A stretch of DNA of 63,141 nt, counting the filler, from Rhabdomonas costata (taxonomy: Eukaryota), in NCBI GenBank assembly GCA_019059605.1. It is 33 parts of 33 records of this genome, joined end to end, with 100 filler letters (N's around TTAATTAATTAA, not from the genome) between each part and the next. Parts side by side here need not be neighbours in the genome. Positions count along the whole stretch, not along the records: positions 24,923 to 26,739 come from JAHMHO010008629.1; positions 26,840 to 28,655 come from JAHMHO010008630.1; positions 28,756 to 30,572 come from JAHMHO010008631.1; positions 30,673 to 32,489 come from JAHMHO010008632.1; positions 32,590 to 34,406 come from JAHMHO010008633.1; positions 34,507 to 36,323 come from JAHMHO010008634.1; 27 more parts are not named here. One strand, 5' to 3'. The notes beneath the pieces are model-generated. The model was given only the letters and a program-made list of their open reading frames with translations. It did not search any database and was not told the origin of the DNA. Positions 24,923 to 36,423 of this stretch are shown piece by piece. The translations under genes and the position numbers were made by a program. Every line of letters starts with the position of its first letter. Within the stretch, counting starts at the first letter, position 1.

Positions 24923-26654
24923 GGTGGGTTGTGAATCACCCGAGGGGGTTCCGTTGGGTGTGCCAGGCAAAAGTCCACCGTGGTCCGAACCAGAATTTCG
25001 GCACACAGGGGTTTCGGAAAGCCGTAGATGCCACTGCTGATAGCTGAGGAATTGAGAAGGTAAAAGCCCAAGGGCTCATGCCCGAAAGAACAAAATACAG
25101 TTCGGACGGAAAGTGTGAAAGACACTGCAAAATTTCTCGTTCTTTAGGAACGAAACCACCCCGCACATGGCAGTGTCAGCGCGACCTAGGTTTAGAACGC
25201 TTTCTAGAATTCATCCCACGACAGGCGAAGGTGACCACGCTTATTCAGAAGTAAAATGGCCTTCGCGTCCTCCTCCAGACGATCAACAAAGAATGAAGAG
25301 GATGAAGGGGAGAACACAAACCAGGAACGGCAATGCTCTCGAGCTTATGTTGCCGCGCGAGCTCCAGAGCGCTCATCATCGCCTCCCTGGGCCAAGACAG
25401 AAATTGGCTGGGAACTGAATGGTTAAAATTGACATCTATGCTGCTATTCCGGTTAAACCAACCGTTGCACAATCTCGTCAAAGAAAAAGCAAGGGAACCC
25501 AACAAGCACGCTGGCCATCACCGAGGAAGGAGTCATGGCGACGGCTCGTCATCTTAATCCGAATTCGGACGGGGGAGCCTCCATGTGGCGGAGGTGGAAA
25601 CGGCCCTCCCTAGGCCGGCCAATCTCCCAAGGTTGGCGGATTACACGCCCCCAGGGGTATGCTGGATATGCTGGGTAGTCTGGGTGGGTCGAGCGGTTCT
25701 GAACCGTCTCTCACGGTCCCGAGCCCGCACAGTACACGCCAAGTCCTTGGGGTAGTCTCTGCACGGTTGCTGAGTACACGCCTCCGAGGGCGGTTGTTTG
25801 GTGGTCTGCAAAGGTTCGCCCGCGCAGTACACGCCTTCTTCCGCACCCGGCAGCCAAAGTCGCTCATGAAAACCACCAGATAGGGTGCTGTCCTGGGAGC
25901 TGCTCTGGTGCAATCCCCGAAAAAAAAAACGGGGATAGTGGGCGCCTCAGCTTCCGACTCGGCTGAGAGGAGCTTTGTGTTCCGGGGTTGGGGTCACGTC
26001 AGGGTGCCGACGTAGCGAGTGCCGTCCCAGCGGGCTCGTGCAAGGCGGACTCTGAGCCCAAATACCAACCCGGTCGCCTACCTGAACACCGAGCCCCTGA
26101 TACCGAGGAAGGAAGGAATTCTATCCTTGGCTGCGTTTGGGCAAAGCCAAACGGGCTCGACCCTACACGCATCCACCAATAACAAGAAGAAGCAGAGAGA
26201 AAAAATATCTCACTCCAACCTCAAAAGCTCTTTTTCGCCGGAGTGTCCATCGCTCCACACCGGTCCTGATAACACAAAAATGGAAAGTTAATATCTGACT
26301 TGCAGTGTTTAGGCTGAAAAAGAGGGAAACCCGACGGGACAAAAAGCCAGAAAAGTCAGGTCATAAAAGACTGGTGCTAGGCTATGGTCGCCGATGTGTG
26401 AGGACGATGTGTGAGAAGGGAGGGCGGGGAAACCCACATCAACCGACCTAAGGATGCACACAGTACGACTACCACCCGTGAAATCGCGAAAAGAGGCAGC
26501 CCAATAACCCGAAAGAACACGCGACTGCGAGAAGCAATTGAAGGGTACCTACGGCGTGAATAACCTTCTCCGCCACCAGGTTTCCTCCCGTGGTAATACA
26601 AGCCTTGCCGGTGGGAAGCACCCCAAAGCGGCTCACGTACTCGTTGCCTTCTTT
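24923..26654 (-). CDS. Macro domain protein (MacroD/YmdB-like ADP-ribose hydrolase), four exons (partial)
   Basis: LPTGKACITTGGNLVAEKVIHAVG/PVWSDGHSGEKELLR/EAMMSALELARQHKLESIAVP/AISSGIYGFPKPLCAEIL; hallmark VIHAVGP and SIAxPAISSGIYGFP motifs; GT-AG introns, phases consistent. Confidence 0.93.
25520..26113. mobile_element. ~570-bp GC-rich, hairpin-dense insertion flanked by a 12-bp direct repeat (probable TSD) within a macro-domain intron
   Basis: ACCGAGGAAGGA at 25520-25531 and 26102-26113 brackets a segment with many short stem-loops and four TACACGCC motifs; no TIR, no terminal poly(A), no convincing ORF. Confidence 0.65.
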
Positions 26655-27335
26655 CTTTAAGGAAAAATATTCAGGTAGCGTACAGGCACCACACGCCAAC
26701 TTGGACTGTTCAACTTGATTTCATGCTTGTTGCACTACANNNNNNNNNNNNNNNNNNNNNNNNNNNNNNNNNNNNNNNNNNNNTTAATTAATTAANNNNN
26801 NNNNNNNNNNNNNNNNNNNNNNNNNNNNNNNNNNNNNNNTTTGTTTTTTATTTGCATGTTTAAGGTGAGGTTCGGGGACATTTACGGTTGAAATAATTCG
26901 TAAGTCTCCTGCTAAGCTGTTCCGTTCTCGTGCCCATCTCTTCTTGAACTGAATAACTGAAAACGCACGTTTGTGCTTATTTGCTCCTAAAATGGACACT
27001 GGCACCCCTTTTGTGCGGGCATACCCTGTGAGTTGAGTTGTTTCAAAAAAAACGAAGGACAAAGAAAAAATTGCGGCAGAAGGCATGAGATACAAAAAGA
27101 AGAAGAGGATGGCGGGCATCATAACAAGAGCAGCACTATTCACACACAGAATTCATCCTGCAGCAATGGACCACCCCAGTGCACACTTCTACAGCGCCAG
27201 CCTGAGGACTAGAGGTGTAAAGCACAATTACGGGTTGTCATGTGGCTCAGATTGATTCAACCATATTTGCATAACCTGCACCGTGCGCCCCGAAGCTTTC
27301 CACAGGGTTACACGCCTGCCCCCAAAAACACTAAG

Positions 27336-28250
27336 GTATGCTGAACCAATCCTTGGAAAGCGCGAGCCCGATCGTCGTCCCAAACACCGTGGTCGTCAAT
27401 CGGGGCTGCGCGGTAGCCTTCCAGTCCTCGGGCGTGGGCTGGGGCAACGGCTATGCCACCTTCGAGTACTCTGTCCAGGAGAGCCCAGTGTACGTTAGTG
27501 ACCAGGCTTTCACAGCGGCGAGGGGCTCGGTTACCGTTAACGTGGCGTTTGCCTTTTTCCTCCCTGTCCTGGCCAGCGGGCCGTCCACAGCACTTCTGGA
27601 GGATTCTGAGGAGATACAGCTGGACATTCATGCAGTTGACCTCCAGGGAGTACGTTCACCCTCCTGCTCCTACTCCCGTGTTTTTCGCGCGGGTTTCTGT
27701 GTGTGTGTTTTAAATATTAAGCTCTGGTCTGGCCTGAGGATATCACCCACCCCTGAATTTCCACAAAAGTGCAATCACAGGTGAAAGCTGTCGCCCTCGG
27801 CACAGTGTTTGCTTTGCAACTGTGACCATCCTGGCCACCTTTGTGCCCAGCGCAGTGTCTTGGGTAAAAAAGACTCCTTTGGAGCAACTATGAAGACCAA
27901 TGCAACCCGGTGGTGTTGCCTTTCAGGGGATTGTCACCCTGCTCCTGGACAGCCTGCCGACCATGGGGGTGCTGTACCGCAACGGCCAGCCTATCACCCA
28001 GCTCGTGCCCGCGACCAACCGCACCATGCTGTGGACTTCCGCGGTGCTGGACTACAGCTCAGAGTATTTTAATCCAGGTGGGCTGTACACGGTGGAGCAG
28101 CTGCTGGGACCCCCAAAGGTGAGCACCTATGGGGACAGCGGGCTGAGCTGGAGCCCGATGGGCAACAACTTCACCTCGCGGGACCCGCAGTTCGCGTACA
28201 CGGAGTTTGTGACGGTGCAGTTCCCGTCGAAGCTGTACCCGGAGCAGATG
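27336..28250 (+). CDS. Extracellular protein with cadherin/Ig-like repeat and discoidin-like domain, exons ~27336-27649 and 27927-28250 (partial)
   Basis: GYATFEYSV...VTVNV, LEDSEEIQLDIHAVDLQG, LDSLPTMGVLY (cadherin-like) followed by WTSAVLDYSSEY...QLLGPPKVSTYGDSGLSWSP...EFVTVQF (discoidin/galactose-binding-like pattern). Confidence 0.7.
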
Positions 28251-28761
28251 GTAATTGTGGGGGTACTGTGCTGCGAGCATGTGTTTTGCGTGATGTTTTG
28301 TAAGGTGTTTTTCGAGGATACTGCGCAGGGATTTCCTTTTTCGCTTTCATTTCTGTTTCCTTCCCTTCGAAGAGGGGGAAGACCCCTCCCTGATTGATGC
28401 GCTATTCGCAGCCAATTTTCAGTCTCAAAGGGCTCACCCCCAAAACTAGTATACGGAAGGGGTCCCCCTTTTACTTCATTTCCGGTGAGCTAAAGTCATT
28501 GTGGTCACAGAGCCCAGACCATTGAGCCAAACAAAAATAGGGGACGACCAAAGAAAGTGATGCTCTCAGACCTGCCCCCTACCCGTCAGAATATGTATCC
28601 TTTCCCCCCAATTTTTGTTTGGCTCAATGGTCTGGGCTCTGTGACCCCAACAACANNNNNNNNNNNNNNNNNNNNNNNNNNNNNNNNNNNNNNNNNNNNT
28701 TAATTAATTAANNNNNNNNNNNNNNNNNNNNNNNNNNNNNNNNNNNNNNNNNNNNGGGTTG

Positions 28762-28830
28762 GTTGCCTGAGATGGAGGAGTCTCGAGCAGTCGCGAGACT
28801 AAAGACTTAAGATGATGACTGAGAAAGGGT
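28762..28830 (+). mobile_element. 3' end of SINE-like repeat (second copy of 45659-45727)
   Basis: GTTGCCT-GAGATG...AGTCTCG-loop-CGAGACT-AAAGACTTAAGAT..TGACTGAGAAAGG aligns with 45659-45727. Confidence 0.7.
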
Positions 28831-28930
28831 CACACACATAACACACTTCTGACGAATATTCACTGCTTTAATACGATTCCTCACACTGAACCTGTTTATC
28901 TGGGGGGAAGCTGATGCCTCAGGTATGACC

Positions 28931-28978
28931 ACACTGCAGTCTAAGAACACTGCAGTCTAAGAACACTGCAGTCTAAGA
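28931..28978. repeat. 16-bp tandem repeat x3
   Basis: ACACTGCAGTCTAAGA x3, perfect. Confidence 0.95.
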
Positions 28979-29071
28979 GAAGATGGTGTATCCTTGAAGC
29001 TAAAATTGTGTACGCAAATGTGGGATATACGGTGTGGTCACTTCTGGAAGCTCGGAGTGGCGTGGAGAAAC

Positions 29072-30562
29072 CAGGGTAGAGGCCGGGGCCGTACTGGTGG
29101 GCTGACAGGGTGAGCACCTCGTCGTTATCCAGGAAGGCCTGCTCAGTGCCGTCACCGTGATGGGCGTCAAGGTCTGAGCAATCGGGGAGTGGGACAAGAA
29201 AGTTGATAAACGCAAGCATCCGGCGGGAGACAAGCGCAAGCATCCGTTCAATTATATGATGATACGCACCCCCCTCCCCTCCCCGTCCCCTTGCCAAACA
29301 CAAAACCGACCCCAAAATACTATATAATTCGAACGCGATGGGTGCATACCAATGACAGCTACACGCCCAAACCAGGCATGAAGGCGCAGCGCAGCGAGTA
29401 CCACGTCGTTGACGTAACAAAACCCTCGGGCCTGAATGGAGCAGAAAGAGAAAAGCCGACGGTCGTGACGATGAGCGGTCATATCAGAACATGCTGGAAG
29501 GAGGATACTGGAACTCAAAGATACAGCTACAGGATTTAAGGTCACCTCGTCGCTAAACGCGTGGTGGCGGCCGCCATCCCAGTGGAAAGCGACACCACAG
29601 CTCCCATTCGCCAGCTCGTCCGCGGCCAACAGAGTGCCTACAAAGGAAGGGGAACAGGCATCGAACGAAGAGATGCTTTTCCTGATCAAAAGCAAAGATG
29701 GCTGCATGAGAGTGTTTAAAAAACGGGGGGGTGGTAAACCTCCCGCAACAACTCGAACGTAGGGCCAGATCTCGGCGGTAAGTGGACAGTCATCCATCAG
29801 ACCAAATTTCTCTTTTGCAGCATCCAGTTCGGCGACTTCAGAGCTGCTGTCATCGGAATCAGCACAACAACGACCAGCTTGCGGCTGCAACAAGGGCAAC
29901 ATACTCTGCTTTGATAACGGTTTCAACATACCGTCACAAGGAAACCACCACTTCTGCTTCAAAAAAAACACTGCGACCGTGCACCAAACGTCGGCATGTT
30001 TCACGGAAAGGTGGATGGTGTGCGTAGAAGAAGGAGAGAGATTGCGATGCACAGGGTACCTGCTGCCTTCTCGACGAAGCCCTTTGAAGAAAGGACAAGA
30101 ACTCCGCGCTGTGGAAGTCCCTCATCTCTGCTTCAGAGGCCTTCCGTGGAGCTGACGGAAACCAGAAGAACGAGTTGGCAGAATGATTTTAATTCATGCA
30201 CAGCCAACTTTGACTTGATGCGAATGGACACACTCTGACCGTCAGGGTGCATCGTTCCAGATGTCCAGGGCACGTTAGTGTAAAACGACATTTGTGAGCA
30301 AGCGATTTCACAAGGTACCGTACAGGTCACAGGCTGTAGGGTGTGCGAAATACACGTAGACAGGAAATGTGCAGAGGCAAAAACAAATTAAAATGACTGC
30401 ACAACTGATTCGCAAAAACACACCCACGACCCTCAGCCATCGCGGTAACTCACATGCCCGGACCAATTCATGTGCCACCCGTGACCGAGAAGAATGCTGC
30501 TGCAGAACCCTGTCGCACAGCTGAGCCTCCTCAACGGAATACACGTACAACGGCCGGGGCAT
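29072..30562 (-). CDS. HDAC8: Class I histone deacetylase, HDAC8-like; six 5' exons (3' part missing)
   Basis: MPRPLYVYSVEEAQLCD...ASEAEMRDFHSAEFLSFL...FGLMDDCP...HWDGGRHHAFSDE/ARGFCYVND...I/DLDAHHGDG...TLSAHQYGPGLYPG; N-terminal P-x-Y-x-Y-S...CD pattern is HDAC8-like; all introns GT-AG. Family certain, orthology probable. Confidence 0.85.
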
Positions 30563-30945
30563 CAACAAAAAANNNNNNNNNNNNNNNNNNNNNNNNNNNN
30601 NNNNNNNNNNNNNNNNTTAATTAATTAANNNNNNNNNNNNNNNNNNNNNNNNNNNNNNNNNNNNNNNNNNNNCCCCCCCCCTGTACTCACTCACAAGCAA
30701 CCGCCTCGACCAACCCTCGTGTGTCCCTGCATCGCAGCTCTGGCAAGCTGATACCCCACAAGCAGGCTTCTCTCACCTTTTGCCAATGACGACATGGAGG
30801 GAGTGATCTAATATGGGTAGTCTCCGAGGAGTGCTCACTTATAAGCTCGTTTCTGTGGTGCGGAAAGTTCTTCTCGCTGGCCTTTTCTGCCGCTGCGTTT
30901 TTCAATCTCGCCGTCTCTTTTGTTTGAGTTTTGGTTTCCCTTCAG

Positions 30946-31088
30946 ACCACGAGTGGACCGAGGATGTCCTGGTCAAATACCTGGAAAACCCCAAAAAGTT
31001 TGTCCCTGGGACCAAAATGAACTTTGCCGGGGTCAAGAGCCTCAAGGATCGCAAGGACATTGTCGCATACTTGGTCACCCTGAAATGA
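30946..31088 (+). CDS. CYCS: Mitochondrial cytochrome c, last exon
   Basis: After a TTCAG acceptor: [46 protein letters not shown], including the axial Met in PGTKM. Confidence 0.95.
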
Positions 31089-34000
31089 TAATGAGGCCCT
31101 TTGCTCGAGCGGCTTTGAATCGATTATTAGCAGCGGCTGGTGCTCCATCATCCCCTGGTTTGTGTTGACTCTCACCCTGTTTTCGTTGAAAGTTTGCGGA
31201 TGAATTCTGTGCTGCGGAAATTGTGCAGGCTTCTCTCCCTCGCCGTTGCCCGCCCGTTGTCGTGTGTAGTGAGCGGCTGTGAGCTTTGCTCCGGTGCTGT
31301 TCCTTGTGCTGTAGGCACGCACGTGATTTCAAAGCAAGGGTTCGAATTTAAATATTTCGCTCGAGTAAGATTTGCTTTTCTCACGCCCGCTATTCGCGGA
31401 GGTTGTCTCCAGCGACGGGCCTTGTCTACTGGTTGGACCCCATGCCTGCATTTTCCTAGCCGGGCCCGAGTGGACGAGCACTTTAGCTTGTCTACCTCGG
31501 TCACATTTATCTTCCGTTCTTGTGGGGTGTCATTCCGGGTTGGGGTCCCTGATTTGGGTGCTGGGAAATGCAAAAGAATGTCTCCGTGTTTGCCTGATTG
31601 CCTTTTTGAAATTGTGGTTTCCTTAGTATTGTACTGCTTCGCCCTTTATCCGATTGGAGATGAAGATGCAGGCGCTGATCCAAATCGTCCTCACCACACC
31701 AATGATGTATTTATTTGGGTCGTTTGGTGAAGATGAGCTGTGCAGCTTCTTGCAAGTACCGGCGCAGCATAGGAATGTTTTAGAGCCTCCGACAAAGGTT
31801 CCTGGGGTTGTGAAATATGACAGAATCTGATACTTTTTGTCGAGAAAAGTGAACTTTGTGTGCACACTTTGATGTGGATTCTTTTGGAGTTCGCTTCGAG
31901 AGCAGCCTTTTTATATGCTCGGCGTTTCCTCCAGGTTTTCTTTTGGAGAGCAACTTCTCGCTTTATTCTTGTCGCCCACTCTCCGAAGATGGATATGCGA
32001 CCGGTAGCGTTTCTGTTTGTGTGGATGGGGTGGGGCACGCGCTTCCTAGGTCGCCCTCCATTCTCCTTTCGTTTGTTTCACGCCCCGTGCCGTTGAACGT
32101 TTGAAGAAGCCTCGTTAAAGGTCCAGCACGAGATAATTTTCGAGCCACCCGGATAGGCCACGACGATTTCTTTGGATAGCACGCCCCAGAGAAAGGCCAC
32201 AACAACCGTGAGCGGTTACTACCATTGTTACCGATCTTGATGTTGAACGCAGAAACTGACACTAACCAGCAAAATTTCGCTTTTAGGATGTCTCCCTGGG
32301 ATGTTGCGCGTAGTTGTGGAGTTATCATTCCAAAATTGTGCAACTTTTTGGTGCCGTTGTTTCTTTCCCTCGTGTCTTTTTTGTAGCCCTCGGGGCAATT
32401 TGGGTCGCCCCCCAACCTGCCGCCCATTCGCGGTATGCCGCTGTTTCTTGTCTTTTTGTTGCACACGCCTGGCGGTGCAACAAAAACACNNNNNNNNNNN
32501 NNNNNNNNNNNNNNNNNNNNNNNNNNNNNNNNNTTAATTAATTAANNNNNNNNNNNNNNNNNNNNNNNNNNNNNNNNNNNNNNNNNNNNTGTGGGATTTG
32601 CATTGGTCCTGAGGGTGTGAGGAGGGTTCAGGTGACGGTACAGGTGAGGGAAGGAGTGTGTGGATTTCTGTCTTCGGTCTTTGCATTCGTTTCTGGATTC
32701 GGTGACATCGGAAGTCCCTCGGGATCTCCAAGCGGGGAAGGCCGGAAAGACCCTGGAAGCTTTACTGAGACTGCCATATCAAGCTGAGATTAGGAGTGAA
32801 ACCACCTCTCAACGGACACGTGAAACCACCGCAATGCTGGCAGCATGTGAGACCCACATGCTAGAGCCGTGATTCCCACTGTGTTGAACTACGACCCTCG
32901 TATACGAATGGAACTGGCAGGCTGGAATCCAGACGCCCCCACGCACGAGAGGCAACGATAAAGTAAGCAATTAGAAAGCCACTGGGAGATGGCGACACGA
33001 AGGCTATACGTGAACGGCACAGGTTGCTCAAGCGTAGGTGCTGACGTGAAACCAAGTGGTAGAGGGTGAACCATTGCCGTAAACCACAGGTTGGCACACG
33101 TCACATGGCCCTCTACGACCAGAGACACTACACCACAATGGGTGTGTGGGTATGACAAACCCATGGTAGGCTGCCATGGTAGTACTACACGCATGTCTGT
33201 TGAAGGGTAGGAGTAGAGCGGGAGGGTAGAGGCTGAGGAGTAACATCCACCTCCACCACCTGATGCACTCCTCCTTCTCTATGGTGGTCGTGGCAGTGTT
33301 GGTACCGACAGTGGTATCAGCATCCAACCCCTGTAGTGGTATGGGCGTAACAACCCTGTCAATCCACGCAGCAGGAAGGATGATGGTACGCTGCTGGTGT
33401 CGATGCTGGTACACCTCCTGCTTCAAATTGTGATCGAGTCCATGTCGAGTGGACATTGAGGTCTGGTCATCCTCAGATCTGGGCACAAGCCACAGCTGGC
33501 TCGTGAAAACGAACACAGCCTTTGCCAGGTTTCGATTAATTACACACCCACATCACCCCTGTGGTGCTGTGGTGTGAGGGCATATAAGCAAAGCGGAAGG
33601 TACCAGGTCGGGGTAGTGCTCCGCAGAGGTTGGCATCGGGGAGGTCGGGGAGATCAGCGGCGGTGGTGGCAACGGTGACGACGGCGCCGCCGGCGCCTCC
33701 ACAGCGGCAACGGGCACGGAGGCAGCAGCAGCAACAGCAGCAGTGTCCGCGGCAGCTGTCAGAGGAAGGGGGTAACCCGCGATAGCAACGGACGGAACAT
33801 CAAACATGATGGGAAACAGGGGAAGGGCACACACTATCTGCGTGTTGCGGAACAGGAGGGGGTGGGCATGCGCCCATAAATATTACCCCCCCCCCCTTGG
33901 TTTGATTTTGCTTCCAATCAGGCTGGTGTGGCATATTGGTTATAAACAGCAATTTCCTTTGTGTACCATTTTTTCGGACAAAGTTTGTTGGCCTGAGGTC

Positions 34001-35829
34001 TTTATATGCACCACGCCATTATAATACCTCATTGCAAGCCCCCCAGGCCGCATTCGCGCCTCAGCCCCGAACAAACTTGGGCCACATCATTTCAAAGCTG
34101 AGAATTTTGGACATCCAGCCAAACGCATGTTCGCTACAAAGTCCAAAAAAAAAAAGGTTGCTTTTAGGAAGCAGTTCCCACTGTAATTAAAGCGCACAAA
34201 CATCCCCTTTCTCGTGGTTTTGCAGGCCTGCTCATCCAAATGGAGCCCCACAGCACGGCTTTTCAGACCACACATAAGCCCTTTCAAATGAATGGGCGAT
34301 TTTTGCAAAAAAAAAAAAAAAAAAAGAAGAATTCCGGGAATGAAAGCACCTCTCACGGAAAACTAGCTCTAACTTAAGGTGGAGCGAACAATACTACACC
34401 ACAAACNNNNNNNNNNNNNNNNNNNNNNNNNNNNNNNNNNNNNNNNNNNNTTAATTAATTAANNNNNNNNNNNNNNNNNNNNNNNNNNNNNNNNNNNNNN
34501 NNNNNNGTGGGGGGTTGTGCATGTCGATGCAGAAAAATGAAGTCAAGCCGATGGCGGAAGCGTCCAGCGTAAGCGCAAAGAGCAAAGGTACAGCCAGCCT
34601 CAAAGCAAGCAAGCCCTTCATCTCAAGGAGCGGTTGTGGTCGGCATGTTTGGGTCGCCCCGACAAACCATGCCAAGGACAAGCTCTGCCCCTTTTAGGGC
34701 CGACAGGACCTGGGACCGAGGCACCACTGTCTCCTTCACTCATGGCAGCGTTCACAGGAAGAGGGGCTTGGGATTTCGGGCGCCATCGGAAGGAGGTTCA
34801 GAAATGTTTATTGGATGGAGCGACCGAGCGCTGCGCAGCTGTCCTGTTTGACTCCTGTCTGGGTCTGGACCAGAGCGAGCAGCAAGCAAAAATGAGCGGG
34901 ACAAGTTTCGGGCAGGGCCCAAGCCATAGCCATCGCCCTCCCAGCGTAAACATTGAATACACTGCATGCATTGGGGCTGGCTCTCGGCTACTTGCACTGG
35001 GCTACCCCACCCCATCCCCTTCCAATGGAACTGGGCTGAATCCGACAAAACCAATCACCCCTCTCCTTTTTCCCTCGTCGCTATGGGCCTTCAGAAGTGG
35101 GAAACACGATGGGCATTCCCAAAGGAAAGTCGGTCAGCAGCAATGCGCATATCAGAGTAAGCGAGCACAACAGTGGGGGAAGGGCGGGGGGATCGAGGGA
35201 AAAAGGGAACGGTGGAACTGCCTCTGCCGGCTACAAAAACCCTCCCCCTGAAGGCCAGCACAACCGAGTCAGAATCACTCAAAAAAAAGTAACCACCCAA
35301 ACACATTGGTCTTCAAGCAAGATCAATCGGAGTGCCATCGGCAGGAACGGCGCATGCTCACAGATGAGGGTTGTGGTTTCGGTTTTCTGTGGTGCCCGCT
35401 CCATTGAACACCGCACCAAACATTGCCACGTGCATCTAAGGCCATCCACCCACTGGCCACCTCAGAGTCTTTCGGTGAATCTCCCGTGTGCAAAGGCATC
35501 ACACCACCTGGGCTCGGTTGAAGGACTAAGGGGCTGGCGTTCCCACGTTTGGCACTGCTAAACGGTGTACAATTTCCTAACCCCCTCCAATCAAAAAAAT
35601 GAAATGCTCAACATGATCTCGCTTCCGGCCACAAGCCATCCCCTTCGCTCTCACTCAGGAACCGCACGATTGATTGTCAACATGATTCTCTGGTGGAAGC
35701 AGGTGCCGTTCCACTCTAGGCATTGCCTTTTGCGCCAAAAAGCAGCAAAAGCAAAGTGGCAAGGCATCGAAAAAGCAATGCATGAAATCCCGTGGGCGCC
35801 GGCACGCCCATCAAACTTGCAGGGGTGCT

Positions 35830-36323
35830 TTACTCCACTTCAAAGATACTGTTGGTGAGCACTTTTCGGTCCTCCTTAGGCTTCTTGAATCTCAGGGTGA
35901 GGATGCCGTTGGCCCAGCTCTGCACGGGATCGGCCTCCGTCACCTTCTGGTAGGGCACCGTGACCTCCCTCCGGAGCTTCCCGTACCACCGCTCGCGAGA
36001 GAGGAAGGCCCTGGGGGCTGCCGGGCACTCCCGCTCCGCCTCCACGGAGAGCTGCCACCCCGTGCTGGACCGCACCCGGAAGACCTCAGGGGGGGCCTTC
36101 ACCCCGCACATCTCAAACACCAGCACGACCTCCGTGTCGGTCTCGTACATGTCGTAGGGCTCCGGCATAATCGAGTTGAGGTTCAAATAGTTCTCTACCC
36201 CGCCCTGCCGCCTCAGGTGGTACTGCACGGGGGCCTTCGGAACGCCGCTCGACTTCTCCTTCAGGTGCTCCTTCAGACAGACTCGGCCATTCTCGGGGTC
36301 CAGCACAACATTCGGGGCTGGGT
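35830..36323 (-). CDS. Protein with C-terminal HSP20/alpha-crystallin domain (3' part)
   Basis: PYDMYETDTEVVLVFEMCGV...LSVEAER...SRERWYGKLRREVTVP...WANGILTLRFKK; ER-x-YG-x-[FL]-x-R and NG-[IV]-L-T-[LI] motifs. Confidence 0.85.
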
Positions 36324-36423
36324 NNNNNNNNNNNNNNNNNNNNNNNNNNNNNNNNNNNNNNNNNNNNTTAATTAATTAANNNNNNNNNNNNNNNNNNNNN
36401 NNNNNNNNNNNNNNNNNNNNNNN

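Noticed and set aside
25714-25727. CGGTCCCGAGCCCG, resembling the twister ribozyme P4/L4 motif
   Set aside because: The required UAA cleavage loop, P2 and GAGGG partner strand are absent in every permutation I tried.
28503-28647. 36-bp perfect inverted repeat
   Set aside because: Ends at the contig terminus with imperfect inner microhomology; fold-back chimera more likely than a TIR element.
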